Source: Pseudothermotoga sp. (GTDB lineage Bacteria > Thermotogota > Thermotogae > Thermotogales > DSM-5069). Taken from it: a DNA stretch of 33,949 nt. A model generated the notes under the pieces. It did no database searches. It had not been told where the DNA came from and saw only the letters and a list, made by a program, of their open reading frames with translations. The stretch covers positions 1-33,949 of the forward strand of contig JBEPZZ010000016.1 of NCBI GenBank assembly GCA_041640575.1, given 5' to 3'. Within the stretch, counting starts at the first letter, position 1. Every line of letters begins with the position of its first letter. Made by a program: the position numbers and the translations under genes. Below are positions 19,078 to 27,693 of this stretch, piece by piece.

Positions 19078-19582
19078 GGCAGCTGTTGAGGCTTTAATTT
19101 TCGCTTCAAGGGGGATAACTTCGGAAAAACTCGCCGAACTTCTCAAAATATCTAGGGAAGAAGTCGAGAAGATTCTTGATGAAATTGCTCAGGAATTTGA
19201 TTCGTCGGAACATGGTGTGGAACTCAAAAAGGTTGGAGATGTGTATCGATTTTACACAAAAGTTGAATATGCTCAGCTGGTGCAAACTGTCAGTAGATCT
19301 GTTTACACGAAGCTTTCAGTTCCACAGCTAGAGATTGTCGCGATTTTGATGCTGAACGGTCCATCAACTCTGCAAACAATTAATGAACTAAGAGGGAAAG
19401 ACTCATCAGCTTTGGTTAGATCACTTCATAAAATGGGGATTCTCAAAAGGAAAAGGCAGAAAAATTCTTACGTCTACAATCTTTCGGAAAGCTTTAAGGA
19501 CTTACTAATGATAGAAGAAGTGCCCGGCGCATCCACCGAGCACTTGCAAGCAATTAAACCTTCACTTTCTTCTGAGGAGTAA
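19061..19582 (+). CDS. scpB: Segregation and condensation protein B
   Basis: EALIFAS, LS---LE--A, I-ELRG--S; follows scpA. Confidence 0.9.
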   Translation: MILNPRAAVEALIFASRGITSEKLAELLKISREEVEKILDEIAQEFDSSEHGVELKKVGDVYRFYTKVEYAQLVQTVSRSVYTKLSVPQLEIVAILMLNGPSTLQTINELRGKDSSALVRSLHKMGILKRKRQKNSYVYNLSESFKDLLMIEEVPGASTEHLQAIKPSLSSEE

Positions 19583-21179
19583 CAAACTCGCAAACTCCTT
19601 TTGGGCAACTTTTGGCACCGATATGTGCCAAGAAATCTTGCTCAAAATTCCGGAGTATCGAAAGCAATGGTACATTGATGCTTTGACCAAGACCACATAA
19701 TGAGGCTTCTTGAGTAACCCTTGCGATTTCTTTGAGAGTTTCAAGATCCTCTCTCTTTCCTTGCCCTCTACTCATTTTTCTAAGAATTTGCACTGCCAAC
19801 CTAGTTCCTTCCCTGCATGGAGTACACTTTCCACAAGATTCGTGCTCAAAGAACTGCATCGTATTAAGTGCCACGTCTACGGCGCATACATCCTCACTCA
19901 TAGCCAAAATAACGCCAGAACCAATTGATGCACCATGCTTTGCATAAGAATCATAATCCAAAGGAGCGTCAAGTTTGTCAACACCTATGAAAGTTCCAGC
20001 TGTTCCTCCAGTCTGCACCATATACAACTCCTTGCCACCAACCAATCCACCACCAAATCTGTAGATCAGGTCTCTAACGGTCGTTCCCATTGGTACTTCG
20101 ACAATACCCCGTCTAACAACGTTTCCAACCAGCGAATAGACCTTTGTGCCAGGAGAATTTGGCGTTCCGAAAGATTTGAACCAGTTTGGCCCATTGAGAA
20201 TGATAGCTGGAATGTTCGCAAAAGTTTCTACATTATTAATAACCGTTGGTTTTCCAAACAGTCCATGTGTAGGTGGATATGGTGGTTTGAGTCTTGGTCT
20301 GCCGGAGTTTCCTTCGATGGATTCAAGAAGTGCTGTTTCTTCTCCACAAATGTATGCACCAGCACCCAATCTTACTGTGAGATCAAAACAAAATTCTGTT
20401 CCCATAATGTTCTTGCCAAGAAATCCGTATTCGTACGCATCTTTGACAGCTTTTTGAATGTTTTCAACCGATCCGTAATATTCTCCTCTAATGTAGATAT
20501 ATCCCTTGTTTGCCCCCACGGCGTATCCACAGATTACCATTGCTTCGACGACTGAATGTGGGTCGCCTTCCATGATTAACCTATCTTTGAAAGTACCAGG
20601 CTCTCCTTCATCGGCATTACAAACAACATATTTTTGATCCGCTTCAACCTTGGCAGTGAATTCCCACTTCAGTCCAGTTGGAAAGCCTGCTCCGCCACGG
20701 CCTCTTAAACCAGAGGCTTTCACCAAGTTGATAACATCCTGAGGTTTCATCTCGGTCAAAACTTTGTGCAAGGCAAAATAGCCATCCCTAGCAATGTATT
20801 CTTCTATGTTCCTCGGATCAATCACTCCAACGTTTCTCAAAACTATTCTCGTTTCGGTCGAAACTTTCTCTTTCTCAACAACAACTTTTAATCGTTCTCT
20901 TGGCACTTCTAAACTAATCACTGGCCTACCTTTCAAAAGATGTTCGGCGACAATCTTCTCAACATCTTGAACTGTCTTTACGGAGTAATAAACATCATCT
21001 GGAAAGACTGCCATCAAAACACCTTGAGTGTAAACACCCATGGTACCAGTTTCGAGAACATCAACTGTGTCACTGAGGTTGAATTTTTGAATCAATTCTC
21101 TAAGGTAATTCACAAATTGTCTTGCACCGAGAAGAACGCTATTAGAATCTACGGAAACAAGAACGATTGTTGGTTTCAT
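19554..21179 (-). CDS. NuoF/HydB-like NAD(P)H-binding flavoprotein, copy 2 (no C-terminal ferredoxin domain; Cys-less N-terminal thioredoxin-like domain)
   Basis: GLRGRGGAGFPTGLKW, NADEGEPGTFKDR, GAGAYICGEET, ESCGKCTPCREG...SLCGLG. Confidence 0.92.
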   Translation of the reverse strand: MKPTIVLVSVDSNSVLLGARQFVNYLRELIQKFNLSDTVDVLETGTMGVYTQGVLMAVFPDDVYYSVKTVQDVEKIVAEHLLKGRPVISLEVPRERLKVVVEKEKVSTETRIVLRNVGVIDPRNIEEYIARDGYFALHKVLTEMKPQDVINLVKASGLRGRGGAGFPTGLKWEFTAKVEADQKYVVCNADEGEPGTFKDRLIMEGDPHSVVEAMVICGYAVGANKGYIYIRGEYYGSVENIQKAVKDAYEYGFLGKNIMGTEFCFDLTVRLGAGAYICGEETALLESIEGNSGRPRLKPPYPPTHGLFGKPTVINNVETFANIPAIILNGPNWFKSFGTPNSPGTKVYSLVGNVVRRGIVEVPMGTTVRDLIYRFGGGLVGGKELYMVQTGGTAGTFIGVDKLDAPLDYDSYAKHGASIGSGVILAMSEDVCAVDVALNTMQFFEHESCGKCTPCREGTRLAVQILRKMSRGQGKREDLETLKEIARVTQEASLCGLGQSINVPLLSILRNFEQDFLAHIGAKSCPKGVCEFVTPQKKVKV

Positions 21180-21667
21180 GCTTTACCACCACCGTTTCTT
21201 AGATTATCTATGATTTCTTTCACTTTTCTGGGTGTCAGGTCTCCAAAATACTGGTCGTTTACCATAATCACAGGTGCAACTCCACAAAGGCCAAGACAAC
21301 TGGTCGTTTCCAAGGTAAACATGCCATCTTTAGTAGTCTGTCCAAAATCTATTTGCAAGGTTTCTTTAAGTGCTTTAACAATTTCCCGGCCACCTGTTAC
21401 ATGGCATGGCAAATTTACGCAAACTCGGATTACATATTTTCCTCTGGGATGAGTTGAAAACATTGTGTAGAAAGTGAGAACTTCATAAACTTTGGATTCT
21501 GGAACTTTCAATTCCTCTGCAACAAGTTGAGCTGCTTCCACAGGAACATAGTTACCAAAATAATCTTGGATTCTGTGTAGAGTATTAATTAGAACGTCTC
21601 GTTCCTCCAAAGACTCCGTTTTCACTTTTCTTATTATCTCGCGCACCTTCTCGCGATCGAGTGCCAT
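21176..21667 (-). CDS. NuoE/HydC-like [2Fe-2S] subunit, copy 2
   Basis: TFYTMF, CVNLPC...CLGLC four-Cys motif. Confidence 0.92.
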   Translation of the reverse strand: MALDREKVREIIRKVKTESLEERDVLINTLHRIQDYFGNYVPVEAAQLVAEELKVPESKVYEVLTFYTMFSTHPRGKYVIRVCVNLPCHVTGGREIVKALKETLQIDFGQTTKDGMFTLETTSCLGLCGVAPVIMVNDQYFGDLTPRKVKEIIDNLRNGGGKA

Positions 21668-21680
21668 CTAAGCCCCCCTT

Positions 21681-23480
21681 TCACGGAGATACTTTACTTA
21701 TTGCTCCGAATCGGCAAACCTCTATACAACTTCCACACCTTATGCAAATTTCATTATCAATGGTGTGCACCTTGCGAACCTCTCCACTAATTGCGTTGAC
21801 TGGACACACTCTGGCACACGCGGTACATCCAACACACTTTGTCGGATCTATAACATACCTGATCAAACTTTTGCATTTTAAGGACGGACAGCGTTTTTCC
21901 TTAACATGGGCTTCGTATTCATGCCTGTAGTATCTAAGGGTACTTAGAACCGGATTCGGGGCGGTTTGTCCTAAGCCACACAACGAGGAATCTTTTATCA
22001 CGTTGCCAAGAGTTTCGAGCCTCTCAATGTCCTCCATCGTGCCTTCTCCAGAAACAATTCTTTCGAGAATTCTAAGCATTTCTCGTGTTCCTTCACGGCA
22101 AGGTGTGCACTTTCCACACGATTCATCAACAGTAAATTCCAAGAAAAACCTTGCCACGTCAACCATGCAGTCGTCCTCGTCCATCACAATCATTCCGCCA
22201 GAACCCATTATTGCTCCAAGCTTTTGCAACGATTCATAATCTACCGGTGTGTCAAAGTACTCCGATGGGATACAACCGCCACTTGGTCCTCCAGTTTGAA
22301 CTGCCTTAATTCTCTTTTTGGTTGAAGATCCGCCACCGATTTCGTACAATAGTTCTCTCAATGTTATGCCCATTGGAACTTCAACCAATCCTGTGTTTGT
22401 TATCTTTCCAGCAAGAGCAAAAACCTTAGTCCCTGGAGATTTTTCGGTACCAATGCTTCTGAACCAATTCGCACCCTTAATGATTATTGGTGGTATACAT
22501 GCAAGAGTCTCAACATTATTTATGACGGTCGGCATTCCCCAAACTCCGCTTTGGGCAGGATAGGGGGGCTTAACACGCGGTTGACCTCTCTTACCTTCCA
22601 CTGAAGCTATTAAGGCTGTTTCTTCGCCACAAACAAAAGCTCCTGCTCCAATTCTGATCTCTATGTCAAAACTGAAACCCTTTCCCATAATGTTTTGTCC
22701 GAGAAATCCATATTCTTTGGCTTGTGCTATTGCAATATTTAGTCGTTCTATTGCCAATGGATATTCGGCTCGAACATAGATATATCCTTGATTTGCACCT
22801 ATAGCATACCCACCAATAGCCATGGCTTCCAAAACCGTATGAGGATCTCCTTCGAGAACTGAACGATCCATGAAGGCACCAGGGTCACCTTCGTCAGCAT
22901 TGCATATGATAAACTTCCTTTCTCCCTTTGCCTTCCTGGTGAGTTCCCACTTCAAACCCGTCGGGAAGCCAGCTCCGCCTCTTCCACGTAAACCACTCTT
23001 CTTGATCTCTTCGATCACTTGTTCAGGTGTCATTTCGTTTAGAACTTTAGCCAATGCGAAGTAACCATCTCTTGCTATGTATTCCTCAATATTCGATGGG
23101 TCTATGTAACCAACATTCCTTGTGGCAATCTTGACTTGTCTTGCAAAAAATGGAAGCTTTTCCATTGCCTCCGGAACGACCTCTCCGGTTGGCATCTTGT
23201 AGAGGTGCTCTTGGACTATCCTCCCTTTCAAGATATGCTCTTGCACAATTTTTCTTGCGGCATCAGGCGTCAATTTCTGGTAGAAGACTCCTTCTGGATA
23301 AATTAGCATTAATGGTCCCAGACTGCAAGCGCCCATACAACCAGTTTCAACAACTCTTACAACATCCTGAAGGGCATACTTCTCTATCTCTTTTTCAAGA
23401 GCACTTTTAACACTTTCCTCACCAGCTGATATGCACGCTCCTCCGGCGCATATCAGTATCGTGCTTGTTGTTAAAGGCAC
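21681..23480 (-). CDS. NuoF/HydB/HndC-like flavoprotein, copy 1 (N-terminal [2Fe-2S], FMN/NAD site, C-terminal 2x[4Fe-4S])
   Basis: CAGGAC...CMGAC, NADEGDPGAFMDR, GGPSGG, ESCGKCTPCREG, CVGCTACARVCP, CIRCGSCIEVC. Confidence 0.94.
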   Translation of the reverse strand: MPLTTSTILICAGGACISAGEESVKSALEKEIEKYALQDVVRVVETGCMGACSLGPLMLIYPEGVFYQKLTPDAARKIVQEHILKGRIVQEHLYKMPTGEVVPEAMEKLPFFARQVKIATRNVGYIDPSNIEEYIARDGYFALAKVLNEMTPEQVIEEIKKSGLRGRGGAGFPTGLKWELTRKAKGERKFIICNADEGDPGAFMDRSVLEGDPHTVLEAMAIGGYAIGANQGYIYVRAEYPLAIERLNIAIAQAKEYGFLGQNIMGKGFSFDIEIRIGAGAFVCGEETALIASVEGKRGQPRVKPPYPAQSGVWGMPTVINNVETLACIPPIIIKGANWFRSIGTEKSPGTKVFALAGKITNTGLVEVPMGITLRELLYEIGGGSSTKKRIKAVQTGGPSGGCIPSEYFDTPVDYESLQKLGAIMGSGGMIVMDEDDCMVDVARFFLEFTVDESCGKCTPCREGTREMLRILERIVSGEGTMEDIERLETLGNVIKDSSLCGLGQTAPNPVLSTLRYYRHEYEAHVKEKRCPSLKCKSLIRYVIDPTKCVGCTACARVCPVNAISGEVRKVHTIDNEICIRCGSCIEVCRFGAISKVSP

Positions 23481-23494
23481 TCAAATCACCTCTT

Positions 23495-23872
23495 TTAGAT
23501 TTCTCCTTTTCTGACAAGGAGATCTGTGACGATTTGATTGTTCATGATGTGAAGTTTAACGATTCTTTTTGCATTTTCAACACTAACATGACCATAAACA
23601 ACTGGTTCCTGACCTTCGAGTCTGACTTCCACGGTTGGCTCAACCTCGCAAAGACCCATGCAACCAGATTGAACTACTGAGATATCGTTTAGATTGTTTT
23701 CATTCAGTGCCTCAACTATGGCTTTCAAAGTCTCTTTTGCACCAGCTGCTATTCCGCAGGTTCCCATGGCTACAGTTATCTTTCCCCTTTTCCCAGTATC
23801 TCTAAGTTGAAGATCCTTGAGAGCTTTTTCCTTAATTTTCATGAGTTCTTCAAGAGACTTCACTTTGCTCAT
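23495..23872 (-). CDS. Thioredoxin-like ferredoxin-family subunit (HndB/HydD-like)
   Basis: MGTCGIAAGA and SGCMGLCEVEP; three Cys as in HndB-type proteins. Confidence 0.88.
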   Translation of the reverse strand: MSKVKSLEELMKIKEKALKDLQLRDTGKRGKITVAMGTCGIAAGAKETLKAIVEALNENNLNDISVVQSGCMGLCEVEPTVEVRLEGQEPVVYGHVSVENAKRIVKLHIMNNQIVTDLLVRKGEI

Positions 23873-24372
23873 TTTTGCCCCTCCTTATACTTCGCAATTA
23901 TCCTTGGAACCATGTCCGGTTTTAACCTACCGTAGAAATCTTTTTCACCAATCAAAATGACTGGTGCCATGCTGCATGCACCAAGACATCTGACAGGATG
24001 TACAGAAAACATCCCATCTTTTGTCGGTTCCTCTGGCTTAACTTGCAGTTCTTCAAGAAATCTTTCCAAAACTCTATCGGCACCCTTTACATAGCAGGCT
24101 GTACCAAGACATACTTTTATTTGGATCTTACCCTTTGGTTTCGTTGAGAAAAAATTGTAGAAGGTCACAACGCCATAGACCTGGGAAACAGGGATTTTCA
24201 AAGCTTCCGCAATATGTTCTTGAACTTCCGGCGACAAGTACCCAAACAACTCTTGAGCTTTCTGAAGAATTGAGATTAACAACTCAGGTTTAGCACCTAC
24301 GGATTCAATGTAGTTGTCCAGTTCCTTGAAAAGTCTTTCACCAGTTGTACATACATCTGCCAAATAGGCCAC
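23869..24372 (-). CDS. NuoE/HndA-like [2Fe-2S] subunit, copy 1
   Basis: VYGVVTFYNFF, CLGTAC...CLGAC. Probable start is TTG at 24363 after GAGGAGG. Confidence 0.92.
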   Translation of the reverse strand: MAYLADVCTTGERLFKELDNYIESVGAKPELLISILQKAQELFGYLSPEVQEHIAEALKIPVSQVYGVVTFYNFFSTKPKGKIQIKVCLGTACYVKGADRVLERFLEELQVKPEEPTKDGMFSVHPVRCLGACSMAPVILIGEKDFYGRLKPDMVPRIIAKYKEGQK

Positions 24373-24381
24373 CTCCTCATA

Positions 24382-24399
24382 ATGTTAAGAATTTCACAA
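24382..24399 (-). promoter_or_regulatory. Putative Rex (redox-sensing repressor) operator
   Basis: Minus strand TTGTGAA-ATTC-TTAACAT versus Rex consensus TTGTGAA-N4-TTCACAA (12/14); lies between the -10 and the SD. Confidence 0.7.
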
Positions 24400-24410
24400 G
24401 CTTCACAGTT

Positions 24411-24419
24411 ATTATACCA
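24411..24419 (-). promoter_or_regulatory. Extended -10 (TG-G-TATAAT) of the nuoE/F-like operon
   Basis: Plus strand ATTATACCA reads TGGTATAAT on minus; perfect consensus. Confidence 0.7.
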
Positions 24420-24861
24420 TCTTTGTGCTCTTCAGTGTCAGAGTTATCCAACCTTCAACATGTTTATCAACCCTGGAGACTTTCTGTCCATGATTAATTT
24501 CGGTGTGAAAACATGCCGTAAACGAATAAAATTGCTCACTAATTAATTGGGGTCATGTATTTGTGAATAGTTACGCATGATGTCAGATATCAACAACTAT
24601 CAGAAGTTGTCGAGTAATCGTCAGAGTAGATTTAAACAATCGGAGCAAGCATCATATAAACTTTGATGGAGCAAACAAGAATTTTACGCACTAGGGAAAA
24701 AGGTTTCAACATTGGTTGTCGCAAAAGGGTGATTAAAAATAAAAGTGTTATATGGTTTACACAACTGCGTCGAGAAATTAGAAAAGTTGTCATTATGATC
24801 GAATTATCGTCATATAATATTGTTGGAATAGTAAAACTAAAATAGGGAGGGGGAAAGTAAT

Positions 24862-27243
24862 ATGAATATACAACAAATCGATAGAGTTTGGAAAGCATGC
24901 TGCTACTTATCCGTAGGTATGATTTATCTCAAAGATAATGCATTGCTAGGAGAGAAGTTAAAAAAGGAACATATAAAAGACAGGCTCTTGGGACATTGGG
25001 GCGCATCACCAGCGATAGCTTTTGCTTATGTACACATAAGCAGATTAATTAAAGAGCGCAATCTCAATTGTATATTCATACCTGGTCCAGGTCATGGCAT
25101 GGCTGGTTTTCTGGCGGGTGTTTATCTGGAAGGTTCTTTGATGGAGCACTACCCAGAATTTTCGTTAGACGAATGGGGAATGACTAACCTTTTCAGGGCT
25201 TTTTCATTCCCAGGTAAATTGGGAAGTCATTGTACACCTGAGATTCCCGGATCTATTCAAGAAGGAGGAGAGCTGGGATACTCGTTGTCGCATGCTTACG
25301 GAACGGTTTTTGACAATCCAGACCTTATAACAGTTGCTATGGTTGGAGATGGAGAGGCAGAAACAGGTCCACTTGCAGCCGCTTGGCATTCCAATAAATT
25401 TTTGAACCCTGCAAAGAGCGGTGTAGTTTTACCGATCCTTTCCTTAAATGGTTACAAGATAAACAATCCAACCATCTTTGCACGTATTGAGGATGAAGAA
25501 CTCATTTATTTGTTCAAAGGGTATGGATATGAGCCAAAGATTGTAGATGGAGCAGAAAATTCAGAGATTCATGAAAAAATGTACGATGCGCTAAATTGGG
25601 CCATAGATAGGATCAACGAAATCTGGGAAGAAAGCAGAAATAATGGAAATCTGAAAAGACCTGTCTATCCCATGTTAATACTCAGAACACCCAAAGGTTG
25701 GACAGCACCTAGGAAAGTGGAAGAACATTTTGTGGAAGGCTATTGGAGGTCTCATCAGGTACCCATAACAAATGTCAAAGAAGACGAAAAGAGATTGCAG
25801 ATCTTGGAAGATTGGCTGAAAAGTTACAATCCACAAGATCTTTTTAGCGACTTTGAAAGCCTAAGGACGTTTTTCCCACATGGAGAAAAAAGACTAGGAT
25901 CCAACCCTCATACCAACGGTGGTAAGTTAAGAAAACCACTAAAGCTGCCTCATATAGAGGATCACGCTGTGAATTTAGATGCACCGTTTAATGTTGTCTA
26001 CGAGAACACGTTACCATTAGGACAATTTTTGTCTAGCGTGATGGACATGAACAAAGATAACTTCAGGGTTTTTGGCCCGGATGAGACACATTCTAATAGG
26101 CTGTATCATGTGTTTAAGCATGGAAAGGCTTGGATGGGTAAAGTCTTACCGGAAGATGTGGACGAAGGGCATCTTGATCCAAACGGGAAAACCATGGAAA
26201 TATTATCTGAACACACAATAGAAGGTTGGCTTGAAGGGTACCTATTAACTGGAAGACACGGCTTCTTAAACACGTACGAAGGTTTTGCACCGATTATTGT
26301 GTCGATGGTAAATCAATTTGGTAAGTGGCTTGATATATCTTCAGATGTTCACTGGAGGGCACCTATATCTTCTTTAAACATTCTTCTTACCTCAGTGGTA
26401 TGGAGACAAGATCACAATGGTTTCACACATCAAGACCCAGGTTTCATCAATGCAATAGTAGACAAATGGCCTAACATAGTGAGAGTGTATTTCCCAGCAG
26501 ATGCTAACTGCCTCTTAGCGACAGTTAAATACTGTTTAGACACAACAAACAGGATAAATGTTATAGTCATAGACAAGCAAAAACACCCGCAATATTTGGA
26601 TATAAACAAAGCGCAGCAGCATATAATAAAAGGAATCAGTATATGGGAGTTTGCTTCTAATCATCCTTATGAAGAGCCAGATGTAGTAATAGCATCTTGC
26701 GGAGATATACCTACCAAAGAAGCTGTATCAGCAGCTTTAACGTTGAGAGAAATATTCCCGGATGTAAAAATAAGGTTTGTGAACGTACATAATCTCTTTA
26801 GGCTTACACCAAGCTTTGAGCATCCGGAAGGGCTCACCGATCAGGAATTCGATGCCTATTTTACAACGAGCAAGCCCATAATATTCAACTTCCACGGTTA
26901 TCCCTGGCTTATACACAGACTTACGTACAAGCGCACTAATCACAAGAATTTACACGTCAGAGGTTATAGAGAAAACAGAAAGATAGGCATAGACGCCACG
27001 CACCTTTCCTCTATGTTAAAAGGTAGAGGTGGGATCACAACACCTATGCAACTTGCTATTATTAACCAAATAGACCGTTTCAGCATAACTATGGATGTAA
27101 TAGACAGATTACCACAATTAAAGGATAAAGCTGGACGCTTAAGGGACCGGCTCAAGGAAATTCAGCTAGATGTATTAAGGCACGCATACAAATATGGAAT
27201 TGATGAAGAAAAATACAACACCGTTGGGATAATTGAAATCTAA
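24862..27243 (+). CDS. xfp: Phosphoketolase (xylulose-5-P/fructose-6-P, TPP-dependent)
   Basis: LLGHWG, GPGHG, EGGELGYSL, GDGEAETG, LSEH--EGWLEGYLLTGRH, QDHNGFTHQDPGF. Confidence 0.96.
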   Translation: MNIQQIDRVWKACCYLSVGMIYLKDNALLGEKLKKEHIKDRLLGHWGASPAIAFAYVHISRLIKERNLNCIFIPGPGHGMAGFLAGVYLEGSLMEHYPEFSLDEWGMTNLFRAFSFPGKLGSHCTPEIPGSIQEGGELGYSLSHAYGTVFDNPDLITVAMVGDGEAETGPLAAAWHSNKFLNPAKSGVVLPILSLNGYKINNPTIFARIEDEELIYLFKGYGYEPKIVDGAENSEIHEKMYDALNWAIDRINEIWEESRNNGNLKRPVYPMLILRTPKGWTAPRKVEEHFVEGYWRSHQVPITNVKEDEKRLQILEDWLKSYNPQDLFSDFESLRTFFPHGEKRLGSNPHTNGGKLRKPLKLPHIEDHAVNLDAPFNVVYENTLPLGQFLSSVMDMNKDNFRVFGPDETHSNRLYHVFKHGKAWMGKVLPEDVDEGHLDPNGKTMEILSEHTIEGWLEGYLLTGRHGFLNTYEGFAPIIVSMVNQFGKWLDISSDVHWRAPISSLNILLTSVVWRQDHNGFTHQDPGFINAIVDKWPNIVRVYFPADANCLLATVKYCLDTTNRINVIVIDKQKHPQYLDINKAQQHIIKGISIWEFASNHPYEEPDVVIASCGDIPTKEAVSAALTLREIFPDVKIRFVNVHNLFRLTPSFEHPEGLTDQEFDAYFTTSKPIIFNFHGYPWLIHRLTYKRTNHKNLHVRGYRENRKIGIDATHLSSMLKGRGGITTPMQLAIINQIDRFSITMDVIDRLPQLKDKAGRLRDRLKEIQLDVLRHAYKYGIDEEKYNTVGIIEI

Positions 27244-27693
27244 CAGACTCAGAAAGTCTTTCTTCGGTGACGAGAACACATGCCAACTATATCCAGGCTT
27301 ATGGTTATAAATAAGTCTTTGATTGGCCATGATTTCATAGATAGTTGAACAAAAATTGATGGTTTAGGGACTTGAAAGTGTGATACAGATCTAATTTACA
27401 CATAAAATTTTTCGTCGAAACAGTAAAACTAGCTTATCTTTTTGACTAAGCACAAGCGGCTTAAAATGATCATTTTCCTCTTATCTTTGGCCGCGAAACG
27501 GTGCTTATTAGCTGCCTCTTTTTAGGCAATTGAAAGCGTTAAAACCTGTTAATTGAAGACTTTCAAATAAGAAGAAACTACACGAAATTACTGGTTCTGA
27601 AAAACCCTTTCTCTAGTGAAAATCCTCAACTAAACGTTTTGTCTTTACACGCCAATCGCTACAGCGTGGTAAAGTAATGTTGGAGGGTTCATC

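Noticed and set aside
19935..21452. Long antisense ORFs (206 aa and 170 aa) opposite the nuoF/nuoE genes, and similar shadow ORFs elsewhere
   Set aside because: They lie fully opposite well-conserved genes and have no protein motifs; typical shadow frames.
19554..24372. Respiratory complex I (nuo) operon
   Set aside because: No membrane or quinone-module subunits (NuoA-D, H-N); the domain layout matches soluble HydBC/Hnd-type modules.
24632..24898. Short ORFs 24632-24898 (-) and 24663-24845 (+) in the xfp upstream gap
   Set aside because: No convincing SD or recognisable motifs; they overlap promoter-like sequence or the xfp start.
25225..25275. Phosphoketolase GSIQEGG instead of the common GSIHEGG, as possible loss of a catalytic His
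   Set aside because: The His residues I recall as catalytic (GHWG, GPGHG, SH-x-x-PE, QDHNG) are all present; this position is not one of them.
24477..27284. 10-bp inverted match (AGACTTTCTG/CAGAAAGTCT) and loose TTCGGTG...ACATGCC similarity on both sides of xfp, as possible mobile-element ends
   Set aside because: Short and gapped; no transposase/integrase or target-site duplication; compatible with chance.
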